From UHGV virus genome UHGV-0172104: DNA of 47,686 nt. One strand, 5' to 3'. The notes under the pieces are model-generated. The model was given only the letters and a program-made list of their open reading frames with translations, had not been told where the DNA came from and did not search any database. This document shows, in pieces, positions 19,988 through 28,559 of the stretch. Both the position numbers and the translations under genes were made by a program. The stretch comes from a virus. Positions within the stretch are counted from its first letter, which is position 1, and every line of letters starts with the position of its first letter.

Positions 19988-20941
19988 TTATTTACAAATT
20001 GTATCAATATCATCATTAGATAATGAATTGATTACAAATAATCCTCCTAATGCGTCCCAGTCTTCTCCAGTCCATGCAACATTTGTTCCTGCTAGGCCAT
20101 ATTTACTTGCATCAGTTAAGTTATACGTATCACCTACAACTTGACCTGTTGTTGGCAATGAAGCACTTGCAATAGAACCTTTATATTTATATAAACCTGT
20201 TAAATCTGTTTTTAATGCATAAGAACTAGCAGATAAAAAGCCATCTAATTTCTTTTTATCTGTTGTGGACATTAAACCATGTACAGTTTGTGTAGCGTTT
20301 GAATATGTTGTATCCTGCGCAGGTATTCCTAATGCTGTAATATCTGATTTCGCTACATTAGTAGTTGCACTTACATGTCCTAAAGCATCAACAGTAACTT
20401 TATATAGACCACTTGCATGTGCAGTATGGGAAGGATGGACATATCTATTAGCCCCATTTTCAATTCCATCTAACTTTACTTTATCGCTTGCAATCATCAA
20501 ACCGTTGCTATTGCTTGTTACTACTCCATATGTTGTGTCATGTGGAGATGCCCATGTTCCGTTTGCACATAAGAACTTACTCTGATCGCCTTTTAAAGGT
20601 TTTGGAACTAATCCATGTGTACCATCATTTGTTGCAGTTGCTCCTGTCATATCTGAATACGTTGTATCCTGTGCAGGAATTCCTAAAGAAGTAATATCAC
20701 TCTTAACAACTTTTATAGCATTTGAAACATGCCCTTTATTATCAACAGTGATTTTATACAATCCATTATCTCTTGGAGTATAACTTGGATGTGTATAGTT
20801 ACTCAAACTTGCTAACTTATTCTTTTCTGCAGTTGTATAGTCATTTGTGCTTAAACCTTTTCCACTTACTTGTTCAACAAATCTTCCTTTTATCTTACTC
20901 CATAAATACGTTAATCCATTTTCATCTAAAAATTTTGCCAT
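19988..20941 (-). CDS. Fibre-like structural protein with an internal duplication of about 50 aa
   Basis: Two copies of 'HPS...GLYK.TVD..GHVS....KSDIT.LGIPAQDTTYS'; 'GLM...DK.KLDG' fibre motifs. Confidence 0.7.
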   Translation of the reverse strand: MAKFLDENGLTYLWSKIKGRFVEQVSGKGLSTNDYTTAEKNKLASLSNYTHPSYTPRDNGLYKITVDNKGHVSNAIKVVKSDITSLGIPAQDTTYSDMTGATATNDGTHGLVPKPLKGDQSKFLCANGTWASPHDTTYGVVTSNSNGLMIASDKVKLDGIENGANRYVHPSHTAHASGLYKVTVDALGHVSATTNVAKSDITALGIPAQDTTYSNATQTVHGLMSTTDKKKLDGFLSASSYALKTDLTGLYKYKGSIASASLPTTGQVVGDTYNLTDASKYGLAGTNVAWTGEDWDALGGLFVINSLSNDDIDTICK

Positions 20942-20958
20942 CTATTCACATCTCCTTT

Positions 20959-21486
20959 TTATTTACAAATAGCATCTATATCAATATTTGTAATTGATTC
21001 TACTGATTCTCCTTTTTCTACCTCAATAATACCTTTTTCATCAACTGAAACAGTATTTCCTATCTGCACTACTCCTAAGTTTTCATGGCTTGTAATAGGT
21101 ATATAATAAGGACTGCTTGAAGTATCTAAAAGTCTTTTGATTAAAAATATTTCATCAACATATGTAACCATTATTTCGCTGTCATTTAATAAAGGTTTTT
21201 CAGTTTTAAATGTAAACTGTCTTCCGTAACCATCTGCATATTTAACTTGAATATGCATTAAACCAATATCTTTATAAAAAGAAAATGGAATCATATAATA
21301 GATGAATTTATCATCTTTTGCATAATCCATCACTTGATACGTTTCACTATTTGTTTCAATTTGTAAATATTCAATTTCTTTATGTTGAAATATAACTCTA
21401 ATTTCAATTGAATTATCTCCGCTTCCCATTGAGGATACACCCGTATAAATTCCATTTAAAGAATCTAAATCACATATATTTCTCAT
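20959..21486 (-). CDS. Putative fibre anchor / structural protein
   Basis: Start placed at MRNICDL, just after the upstream stop; C-terminal 'LGVVQIG..VSVDEKG' and 'ITNIDIDAICK'. Confidence 0.55.
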   Translation of the reverse strand: MRNICDLDSLNGIYTGVSSMGSGDNSIEIRVIFQHKEIEYLQIETNSETYQVMDYAKDDKFIYYMIPFSFYKDIGLMHIQVKYADGYGRQFTFKTEKPLLNDSEIMVTYVDEIFLIKRLLDTSSSPYYIPITSHENLGVVQIGNTVSVDEKGIIEVEKGESVESITNIDIDAICK

Positions 21487-21496
21487 TTTATATAAC

Positions 21497-22597
21497 CTAC
21501 ATATTTTCAGCGACAATCCATGCATCTAACTGAATATTAGTAATATTTGAATAACTTTCATAATCACTATTACTTGAATTAGTTTGAAATATCTGCATAT
21601 ATAGTTCGTTATTATTTGTCACGTTGAATCTAACAGGAACAGCATGCCAACCATTATTTCCATATATTATTGCGTAATTACTTGTAAATCCAAAGTTAGG
21701 CGCTCTCCATGGAAATGCATCTCCATCATGAGGAGTATATATTTTAAATCCATTTGTTTTGTAAGAATTAAGATTATTAACACCTTGATCAAACATTAAT
21801 CTATAAATATTTATATCTCCAAATGACTGTCCATATATAGTACCGTTGAATGTTCCTCCGTTCATTCTGACAGATAATTGACGTTTTTCTTGCATATTAC
21901 TTCCCGTTCCCATGAGATAACCTTTCAGATATTCTGCTATACAACTTAATCCCCATGAATTAGGGTGTATTCCATCAGAACTCATCGTATCCCTTAATGA
22001 AAGAATATTTTCTGCTCCAGGAACAACCATATAAGGTTGATGGCTATATGCTGATATACTTCTATACATTGGCATTAATTTATATCTCAATGCAAATTGA
22101 TCATTTCTATTCTTAAATGCAACTCCGAATGGTGCAAAATGAACAACTGCATTAGGATAAGTATTCTTCACATAATCAATTAATGTATTAATACAACCTT
22201 GTACTTTTTCTTTTTGGTCACCATAAGGCAGTTCATTATATCCACCACCAATCAGCACATCAGTAATAATGTTCTTGTTGGGAATCTGATTTGCTACACC
22301 TTTTAAAAGAGTTAAATAGTCATTTGATGGATTACTAAAGCACGCTCCGCCTTTATGATTGATGAAAATGTTATTAGCATTAGCATGACAATTAATCATT
22401 TTAGATTTTAACCTATCGCACCAACCAACTCCACCACCACTGCCATCTGGAGTATATCCATCTCCGTACGAATCACCGATAAAAATATAACCTCTACTAG
22501 AAACAGGCATACTTGATTTAATGTTGATAGTTTCTTTATCATACATTTCAACTAAGCATTTATTATCTTGTATTCCGTAAACTGTTTTTTGTGCCAT
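21497..22597 (-). CDS. SGNH/GDSL hydrolase (esterase) domain protein
   Basis: Blocks 'FIGDSY', 'GGYNE', 'DGIHP'; GGAGG RBS before MAQKTV. Confidence 0.85.
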   Translation of the reverse strand: MAQKTVYGIQDNKCLVEMYDKETINIKSSMPVSSRGYIFIGDSYGDGYTPDGSGGGVGWCDRLKSKMINCHANANNIFINHKGGACFSNPSNDYLTLLKGVANQIPNKNIITDVLIGGGYNELPYGDQKEKVQGCINTLIDYVKNTYPNAVVHFAPFGVAFKNRNDQFALRYKLMPMYRSISAYSHQPYMVVPGAENILSLRDTMSSDGIHPNSWGLSCIAEYLKGYLMGTGSNMQEKRQLSVRMNGGTFNGTIYGQSFGDINIYRLMFDQGVNNLNSYKTNGFKIYTPHDGDAFPWRAPNFGFTSNYAIIYGNNGWHAVPVRFNVTNNNELYMQIFQTNSSNSDYESYSNITNIQLDAWIVAENM

Positions 22598-22613
22598 TAT
22601 TTTACCTCCTTTT

Positions 22614-23081
22614 TTAAATATTCCAATCCTTATCATCAGCAAGTTTCTTTTTTAGTTCTAATTCTGCTTGCTTTAGTTCATAACTATCCCAATCATTTTT
22701 CCAATTATCTTTATCATAGTTTTTGAGCAATAGATGTAATGCTCCTGTATCTCCGTCAACTTCTTTTGTTGTTATTTCAGTATGCTTTCTAGTAGAACCA
22801 TTTTCATCTTGAGTAACATATGTTTTCTTGGTTTCTAGAGTATGCTTAAATGCTTTTTTTATCATTTCGCTTCTTAAATCTAAAACTAAACTTGCTCTAC
22901 CCTTTTTTAAGACTTCGTTTAATTCCGTTTTTTCCTTATGAGCATTAAAAGCACTTACTGATATTCCTAATGCTTCGCATATCTGTTTTTCAGTAGCACC
23001 ACTTTTAACCCAATCTTCAATTTTATCTATATTTGGAAATATGACAGTGTCATAAACGTTTTTTCTTCCTCTTTTAGCCAT
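22614..23081 (-). CDS. HTH protein resembling a terminase small subunit
   Basis: 'GATEKQICEALGIS' HTH and C-terminal 'LLKN' pattern. Confidence 0.6.
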   Translation of the reverse strand: MAKRGRKNVYDTVIFPNIDKIEDWVKSGATEKQICEALGISVSAFNAHKEKTELNEVLKKGRASLVLDLRSEMIKKAFKHTLETKKTYVTQDENGSTRKHTEITTKEVDGDTGALHLLLKNYDKDNWKNDWDSYELKQAELELKKKLADDKDWNI

Positions 23082-23238
23082 TTAACATCATACTTTCACA
23101 TCTCCTTTTTATTCATATTTACATCATTATTTTATCATATTTAACTATTTTAATACATATATAATTTAATTTTTGACAACTAAAAAAGACAGTGAATATT
23201 TCACTGCCATTTTTATGAAAAAATCAATGAAAACGATA

Positions 23239-23312
23239 TGGTACACCTAGAAGGTTCTGCCCCTCCGTTCTTCCCTTATAAGGAGACCATTCTACTATTG
23301 AATTATAGGTGT
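23239..23312 (-). tRNA. tRNA-Ile with anticodon UAU and atypical T-loop
   Basis: Acceptor ACACCTA/TAGGTGT + A + CCA; D-stem ATTC/GAAT; anticodon loop CTTATAA; T-stem GGAGG/CCTTC with loop GGCAGAA. Confidence 0.8.
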
Positions 23313-23469
23313 AGTTATAAGCACCGTTTTAAAGTGCTTATATGAAAATTGATTTAAGAAATTGAGTAAAAGAACATGCATCTTTGCAACTCTTAGTTGC
23401 AATTATTATTATACTCATTTTCATAATATTTTCAATATTTTTTAAAAAATGGTGATTTCTCACCTTAAT

Positions 23470-23646
23470 TTATTTAAATACAAATCTTATTTCCATTCCG
23501 TCCATCCATGAAATTTCTTCATATGGATCATTAATAAAACTTTCTTCTGCTTCTTGAATTCTTTTTTCTACTTTTTCATTTCCAAATAATTCCCTTGCTT
23601 TCTTTTTTGTAATTCTCTTTCCATTTAAATAAATTCTTGCTCTCAT
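23470..23646 (-). CDS. 58-aa hypothetical cassette gene (not in the ORF track)
   Basis: MRARIYLNGKRITKKKARELFG...MEIRFVFK; RBS, operator-bearing promoter and terminator. Confidence 0.7.
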   Translation of the reverse strand: MRARIYLNGKRITKKKARELFGNEKVEKRIQEAEESFINDPYEEISWMDGMEIRFVFK

Positions 23647-23674
23647 TTTTTATATCCTCTCTTTCTTTACATAC

Positions 23675-23704
23675 TTATGTAATATATGTATTACATACAG
23701 TCAA
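23675..23704 (-). promoter_or_regulatory. Promoter with operator TATGTAATACATA (23685-23697)
   Basis: TTGACT followed by a 17-nt spacer identical to that of the 532-560 promoter; -10 is degenerate. Confidence 0.65.
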
Positions 23705-23728
23705 GCATTTTTGATTATTTTTTACAAC

Positions 23729-23887
23729 AAAAAAAAGGAACTATATAAATATAGTCCCTTTGAAAGGAATCACCCTTTCTATGTGTTTTGGAGGACACAA
23801 AACCAAAATGAAAACAAGAATGAAAACAAGTAAACCAAAACGACAAACTACTGACAACCAAATTGAGGTGTCCTATTCACCTCAATT
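23729..23887 (-). ncRNA. Candidate small RNA of about 160 nt
   Basis: Upstream TTGTAA-16-TATAAT, 5' hairpin, 3' terminator with U run, no minus-strand ORF with an RBS. Confidence 0.45.
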
Positions 23888-23971
23888 AATATTATACATG
23901 TTTTCACATTTTTTACAATGAATTTTACTCATTATTTTACATTTTTTACAATATAAAAAAATGAACGCTTT

Positions 23972-24163
23972 TTAGCGTTCGATATCTGCTTTAATTAAAT
24001 TCTTAATATATCCATTCACATTTCCAATTTTTTCTAAATGATCGTAAATGTCTTTTTCTGTTTTCTTATTCACTTTAATAGGAAAATTCTTTGTATTCAT
24101 CTTATTGTATTTTGCACTCGCCTTAAGTTGTGCTTTGCTTGTTTTTTCGTTCAATGTTATCAC
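23972..24163 (-). CDS. Small ribbon-helix-helix/Arc-like DNA-binding protein
   Basis: 'AQLKASAKYNK...PIKVNK...I...L...NGYIK.LI..DI' pattern. Confidence 0.6.
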   Translation of the reverse strand: MITLNEKTSKAQLKASAKYNKMNTKNFPIKVNKKTEKDIYDHLEKIGNVNGYIKNLIKADIER

Positions 24164-24354
24164 CTCTATTTCATGTATATTATATCATAAATAAGCAATG
24201 TGTGATACTTATATTTTTAAAAATTTAAGAAGGTTGATTTTTTGAAGAGTGTTTTTTATCAACCTTCTATGTATAGTGATTACTAGCATAGGAAATCTAG
24301 TCTGTGAGGTGATTTCCTTCTTTCTTCTTCTTTATTTATGCTTTCATCACTGTT

Positions 24355-24590
24355 TAACGCATTGACAATGAGATGGTAAATCTAAAATGCATAAAGTCCT
24401 GTTTTGATTAGTACAGGTAACTAATAATATAAAAAATTAAATATCAATGCGTTATTGAATCCCTATATTGAAAATGAGATTAAATGAAAAGAATCTAAAC
24501 GGGTATTTAATAGAATTTTCTTATAAGTCTTGTTTTGATTAGATCAAGTAACTAATTTTTTTAAAAAAATATTTACATCAATATAGGGAT
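24355..24590. repeat. Two tandem structured units with a shared 32-nt pseudoknot-forming core
   Basis: Cores 24394-24425 and 24525-24556 are 28/32 identical; each unit is closed by its own outer stem. Confidence 0.7.
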
Positions 24591-24601
24591 ATACTTATAT
24601 T

Positions 24602-24811
24602 CTATATATATTTTTCTATTTCTTCAAGACTTTCAATCTCATCAAGTTCATCTTTTGAATCATTTAAAAGGTGCTTTAGATAATTTATTCTTATTTTTAA
24701 TGCTTCTTTTTTATTTTGACTTGGTTCATTTCCATCAAGCATTAATCTATTATCTATTGCCATATCAATAACATTGCATACAATAGTATCAATTTTAATC
24801 ATTTTCTGCAT
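24602..24811 (-). CDS. Hypothetical protein
   Basis: ORF overlapping the upstream gene in the operon. Confidence 0.6.
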   Translation of the reverse strand: MQKMIKIDTIVCNVIDMAIDNRLMLDGNEPSQNKKEALKIRINYLKHLLNDSKDELDEIESLEEIEKYI

Positions 24812-25124
24812 CTCCTCTTAAAAAATACTCTTTCCAACATTTCATGGATTTTTTTAAATATTCTTTGCAATAATATTGTTTGCTACTACATTGATAATTG
24901 CATATATTGCATTCATTCATTTTTTTACTTGTGATTGTTGAAATATCATAATTACAAGGGCATCCATCTATTCCGTCATTATGGATATATTCGCAAGCCT
25001 TATCAAGTGCTTTTTCTAATGCATCGCAATACTCCTCTAAATAATAGGTATAAAATTCAAATTGTTCTAAATCATTTTCAGATTTAGGAAATCCATAGTC
25101 TTCAAATTTTGGTCTAGTTATCAT
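24795..25124 (-). CDS. Cys-rich hypothetical protein
   Basis: 109 aa ORF in operon. Confidence 0.7.
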   Translation of the reverse strand: MITRPKFEDYGFPKSENDLEQFEFYTYYLEEYCDALEKALDKACEYIHNDGIDGCPCNYDISTITSKKMNECNICNYQCSSKQYYCKEYLKKSMKCWKEYFLRGDAEND

Positions 25125-25353
25125 TTTTATTTTCCTCTTTATTTATAACACATTGAATTGCTATTCCAAATCCTTTTCTTGTTCTTGTAACTCCTAAATG
25201 CGTTACATTTCTATCTCCTACTTTTTCTTTAAAACACTTACTATTTATTAAATCTTTTTTATAAGCACAAATAAAATAACCATCTCCACCTATAGTCATT
25301 ACTACAGCAGTTGCTTCGTTACTCATTTTTTCCAATACTTCATTTACTGTCAT
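25114..25353 (-). CDS. Hypothetical protein
   Basis: ORF in operon; probable start MTVNE after GAGG. Confidence 0.6.
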   Translation of the reverse strand: MTVNEVLEKMSNEATAVVMTIGGDGYFICAYKKDLINSKCFKEKVGDRNVTHLGVTRTRKGFGIAIQCVINKEENKNDN

Positions 25354-25885
25354 GTTCTTCAACCTCATAATCTTTTTCGCAATTTTTTAATAACTCTGCG
25401 ATTGATGTTGGTTCTTCATCATTCCATGATACGCATAAAAACATATCTTCACATAAATTTAAATTATCGGAATCAATTAAATTTTCCCAAGTTTTTCCAT
25501 CTTTCTTTGGTGGATACTCATATACTTTTAGGTTATCGTTATAATCTCTTGCGATATAGTTACGATTTTTATATAAGCAATGTTTTAAGATGTCTCGTTC
25601 AAATTTTGTTAACTTAACCTTTTCTTTAACTTGTTCTTTCTCAAATTCAATAGTTACAACATTTGAAGCGTTGATTAATAAAGGTTCTTCTATTGTTGGC
25701 TTGATTGTTCTATATCCCACCTTATCATTGCAACAAAATTCATAGTCCTCATGAATTTCAATTGCTTCATTATTTTTAAGTTTTTCTTTCATTTGTTTAA
25801 TGTACTCATTAGGATTAAAACAGTCTTTTTTAATTAAATATTCATCACCATTAACCATTTCAATAGTTAAATTTAATTTAGTCAT
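25340..25885 (-). CDS. Paralog-family protein ('YIARD...W.D.EP.SI' domain) with a fused N-terminal domain
   Basis: Shared C-terminal domain; probable start MTKLNL. Confidence 0.75.
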   Translation of the reverse strand: MTKLNLTIEMVNGDEYLIKKDCFNPNEYIKQMKEKLKNNEAIEIHEDYEFCCNDKVGYRTIKPTIEEPLLINASNVVTIEFEKEQVKEKVKLTKFERDILKHCLYKNRNYIARDYNDNLKVYEYPPKKDGKTWENLIDSDNLNLCEDMFLCVSWNDEEPTSIAELLKNCEKDYEVEEHDSK

Positions 25886-25887
25886 AC

Positions 25888-26067
25888 TTATTCCCCTTCT
25901 TTTAGCCATTTCATCATATTTTCAACATTGTAGAATGGACATTTTTCATTGCAATCTAACTGATACATACATCTTTTTCCATACCAATTAAAATACACAT
26001 CATTGCAGTTTGCTACAAAATTTATCATTTCAAGCAATAAGTGCAATTTTTTATCATTAACAATCAT
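25888..26067 (-). CDS. 59-aa Cys-containing hypothetical protein
   Basis: MIVNDKKLHLLL...KWLKEGE with GAGG RBS. Confidence 0.55.
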   Translation of the reverse strand: MIVNDKKLHLLLEMINFVANCNDVYFNWYGKRCMYQLDCNEKCPFYNVENMMKWLKEGE

Positions 26068-26387
26068 TTTTTAATACCTCACAATTTTCAAAAATATCTT
26101 CAATACAACCTATACAAATATCAATTCCATAGTTAAAGTTTTCATCTCTTTCATCATATTCAATACATTTTTGATTGTTCAATGTATCAATTATTTTATT
26201 TCTTAACTCTGTTATTGTCATAAATTATTGTTCTCCTTATCTTCTACAATTCCATTCACAATCACCGATATTATAACGAATACTGCTATAGCAATTACTG
26301 ATATTGCAATAAGAATACCAATAATCAGCATTATAATAGCAAATATAGAAAATACATTTTCTAATACCTGTAATAAAATCATCTATA

Positions 26388-26630
26388 TCATTCCTCGTCT
26401 AAATGATTAAAATAATCAAGGTATTTATCATCTGTAAATGTAATCTCTGTAGGATTAACACGATAGATATTACCTTTTTCATCTTCAATTAAAGCACGCA
26501 CAATGCTAATCTGTCCTGCTGAATGTCCACCTATCATAGGAGATTCTCCTATCACATTTGACCACTGTTCAAAACAGTGGAATATATAATTTTCATCTTC
26601 ATATCTACATGGTCTAAAATTATCCTCCAT
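26388..26630 (-). CDS. Hypothetical phage protein
   Basis: 80 aa ORF with RBS. Confidence 0.7.
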   Translation of the reverse strand: MEDNFRPCRYEDENYIFHCFEQWSNVIGESPMIGGHSAGQISIVRALIEDEKGNIYRVNPTEITFTDDKYLDYFNHLDEE

Positions 26631-26642
26631 AAACTTTTCCTC

Positions 26643-26975
26643 CTATAAAATAAATAAGTAAATCATTATCATTAATGTAATAGCATATGCTGTTGCAAGA
26701 ATAAAGAAATCTCTGTTAGATGCTTTGTTATTTTTAACTAATTTACTATTTAATTTCTGCATATCATCTAACTTTTTTAAATTATCATTATAAATATTCA
26801 ATACAGTTTTATCTGTTTCTTTATAAATTTTGCACATATCTTCTAAATCTTCACATTCAGCCTTTAAATCTTCCAATTCTTCTTCTAAACAATGCTTTTC
26901 GCTTTCTAATTCTTCAATCTGACTTTGTAACTCTGTTATCTGCTCTTCATGCAGTTCCATAGAAATAACGTTCAT
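26643..26975 (-). CDS. Coiled-coil protein with C-terminal transmembrane helix
   Basis: Heptad pattern and hydrophobic tail. Confidence 0.7.
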   Translation of the reverse strand: MNVISMELHEEQITELQSQIEELESEKHCLEEELEDLKAECEDLEDMCKIYKETDKTVLNIYNDNLKKLDDMQKLNSKLVKNNKASNRDFFILATAYAITLMIMIYLFIL

Positions 26976-26976
26976 A

Positions 26977-27234
26977 TTATCTCACCCATTCACTTTCATG
27001 AAGCATTCCTCTTCCTATTGCTGACTCAACAAGAATATAAGTTTCTGATTCCTCTTTTACAATCTCCAACCTTGTTACAATTGTATCTTCGTATTTATCT
27101 CTCTTTTTTATATATTCCTCTTTGCAAGCAATATTAAATGCAGTTCCTCTAAATTCGATAATATCAACATCATGTATTCTTAAAATAATTTTAGTTGTAC
27201 TTCCAAATTTTGGTAATAATTGGTTTAATCTCAT
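26977..27234 (-). CDS. Hypothetical protein
   Basis: 85 aa ORF with GGAGG RBS. Confidence 0.65.
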   Translation of the reverse strand: MRLNQLLPKFGSTTKIILRIHDVDIIEFRGTAFNIACKEEYIKKRDKYEDTIVTRLEIVKEESETYILVESAIGRGMLHESEWVR

Positions 27235-27235
27235 T

Positions 27236-28099
27236 TTAAATTCCTCCTATAAAATCAGATATATTTGTTTGTGCATTTTTAGGTTTTACTAACATTTCAT
27301 TTTTAGCACGGTTGTAAAAATTTTTGTCAATTTCAAATCCATATGCATTTCTGTTTAATTCAAGACATGCTCTTAATGTGCTACCACTTCCACAGCATGG
27401 ATCAATAACAGCATCTCCTTCATCAGTAAATATTTCTACTAATTGTTTGATTACATTGACAGGCTTTTGTGCTGGATGGATTTTTGGAATATCCTTTCCA
27501 TCTTTTTCCCACTTGAACAAGTTGAATATCATTCTTCCTGTTCCTCTGATATTCTTTCCTGTCTCTGGGTCAGTTTGTACTCCGTTTCTGAACTTTGGTA
27601 ATTTACCTCTGTACATAACTAATGCATATTCAGTCGCTCCAACTATTCTCATATTTGCTTTTAGAACTTGAGGACTGTAATTCTTTATAAAAACTAATGG
27701 AATGTAATTAACAAATCCATGCTTTTTTCCTGCATCTATTAATATTGGAATCTGCTCAAAACTGCGGAAAACAATCATACATGGGCTATCGGAACTTCTT
27801 CCACGATTCTGTTTTTTGTTGTCTTCTTTCTTCAACATTCTTGAACAGAAATGAAAGTATTCATATAGATTAAAATTAAAATCACTATTGAATGCTGATT
27901 TTCCTGCTAATTTAGATTCTCCGTTATTATTATCCCCTCCTTTGTACCACATAGGATTAGAACCATAGAAATTATTTCCTACGTTGTAAGGTACATCAGC
28001 AATAATTAATTGAGCCTTAGGGATTGCATATCTTTTATAATTCTGCATACTATCTCTATATATTTCACATCTTATTTTTTTATTCATAATCATCATCAA
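27236..28099 (-). CDS. N6-adenine/N4-cytosine DNA methyltransferase (beta class)
   Basis: Catalytic 'DVPY' precedes 'HPAQKP' and SAM-binding 'DPCCGSGS'. Confidence 0.9.
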   Translation of the reverse strand: MMMIMNKKIRCEIYRDSMQNYKRYAIPKAQLIIADVPYNVGNNFYGSNPMWYKGGDNNNGESKLAGKSAFNSDFNFNLYEYFHFCSRMLKKEDNKKQNRGRSSDSPCMIVFRSFEQIPILIDAGKKHGFVNYIPLVFIKNYSPQVLKANMRIVGATEYALVMYRGKLPKFRNGVQTDPETGKNIRGTGRMIFNLFKWEKDGKDIPKIHPAQKPVNVIKQLVEIFTDEGDAVIDPCCGSGSTLRACLELNRNAYGFEIDKNFYNRAKNEMLVKPKNAQTNISDFIGGI

Positions 28100-28556
28100 T
28101 CACCTCACAATTAGCAAGAACATCTTTTATTGATGTGGCTTTCAAATCAGACCATTTTATAAATTTGAATAATTCACTTAAAAACACTATAGTTGTAAAT
28201 CCTCCACCATTTAAAAGAACGCTCCAATCATCACCGTTTTTTATTGGTTCGTTCTCATAAACGAAAATTTCTCCAAGTTTACTCCTAGCGATATATCTAT
28301 ATTTTGTTCTGTTAAAAATATATTTTAAAAGTGCATATTCAAGTTTTGATAAAACGATTCCTTCTTTATACTCCGAAAGCATCCACTTTATACGTCCGTA
28401 CTGACAACCTTTGCGGTTATCAAATATGCAATTTTCGCAAAAAGTATCAGAACATTCACAAAATGTTTTATTATTTTTTCTAAATGCACAATCATTTAAT
28501 TTATTTGAATCAATAATTGTTCTTAATTCATCTTTGAATTTTTCAGCGTTAATCAT
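28080..28556 (-). CDS. Paralog-family protein with Cys-rich N-terminus
   Basis: Shared C-terminal domain. Confidence 0.75.
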   Translation of the reverse strand: MINAEKFKDELRTIIDSNKLNDCAFRKNNKTFCECSDTFCENCIFDNRKGCQYGRIKWMLSEYKEGIVLSKLEYALLKYIFNRTKYRYIARSKLGEIFVYENEPIKNGDDWSVLLNGGGFTTIVFLSELFKFIKWSDLKATSIKDVLANCEVIDDDYE

Positions 28557-28559
28557 TTT

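Noticed and set aside
24355..24590. Mini CRISPR array
   Set aside because: Only two imperfect 32-nt repeats about 100 nt apart, each inside a larger stem; no cas operon, and the Cas4-like nuclease sits in the recombination module.
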